This document shows positions 63,781 through 64,000 of a stretch of DNA of 64,000 nucleotides, one piece after another. Origin of the DNA: Adineta vaga (Eukaryota; Animalia; Rotifera); contig CP075492.1 in NCBI GenBank assembly GCA_021613535.1, positions 13,640,001 to 13,704,000 on the forward strand, given 5' to 3'. Every line of letters starts with the position of its first letter. Position 1 is the stretch's first letter. A program made the translations under genes and the position numbers. Under the pieces are notes generated by a model. The model saw nothing but the letters and a program-made list of their open reading frames with translations, was not told where the DNA came from and did no database searches.

Positions 63781-64000
63781 CACTTCAGTATACAGATCCT
63801 TTATAGGAATTAAATGCAATCAAACGATTATTTTTTTTACTCTGTATTGCACAAAAAAAGAGGCAAGAAACATGTTGATTTTTTTCCATTCGAAATGAAA
63901 ATGTCTTTAGTCAAGACTTTGCTAATATTTTATTTCGTTGAATGAGTTCATCAATTGCATGTAGAGCGTTGTGTTCAATAAAATTGTTCTAAAGATATAG

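Overview
AT-rich eukaryotic genomic DNA with many short (~50-60 nt) GT-AG introns. The gene content points to a bdelloid rotifer (inferred, not proven): NHL, FG-GAP and Kelch repeat proteins, receiver-like/ADP-ribosyltransferase/TPR proteins, orphan class-A GPCRs, fungal- and bacterial-type enzymes, and TGTGGG-type repeats. About 35 genes or gene relics can be read, many disrupted by frameshifts or stops. The most notable structures are: (1) three tandem type-II membrane-anchor 'first exons' at 37.1-39.0 kb, all phase-compatible with one shared Kelch beta-propeller exon; (2) a dispersed family of ~50-70 bp hairpin elements built from telomere-like repeats around a conserved spacer; (3) a probably GPI-anchored papain-family protein lacking its catalytic Cys; (4) a stand-alone PARP1 Zn3/PADR1-like protein; (5) a tRNA-Leu(TAG) without the long variable arm; (6) a cluster of probable horizontally acquired genes (GT62, VIT, OafA-SGNH); (7) an 8-Cys secreted peptide; and (8) an internally deleted Mutator-type element with an intact 8-bp target-site duplication. 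Gene models were spliced by eye and family assignments rest on motif recognition; no database searches were run.
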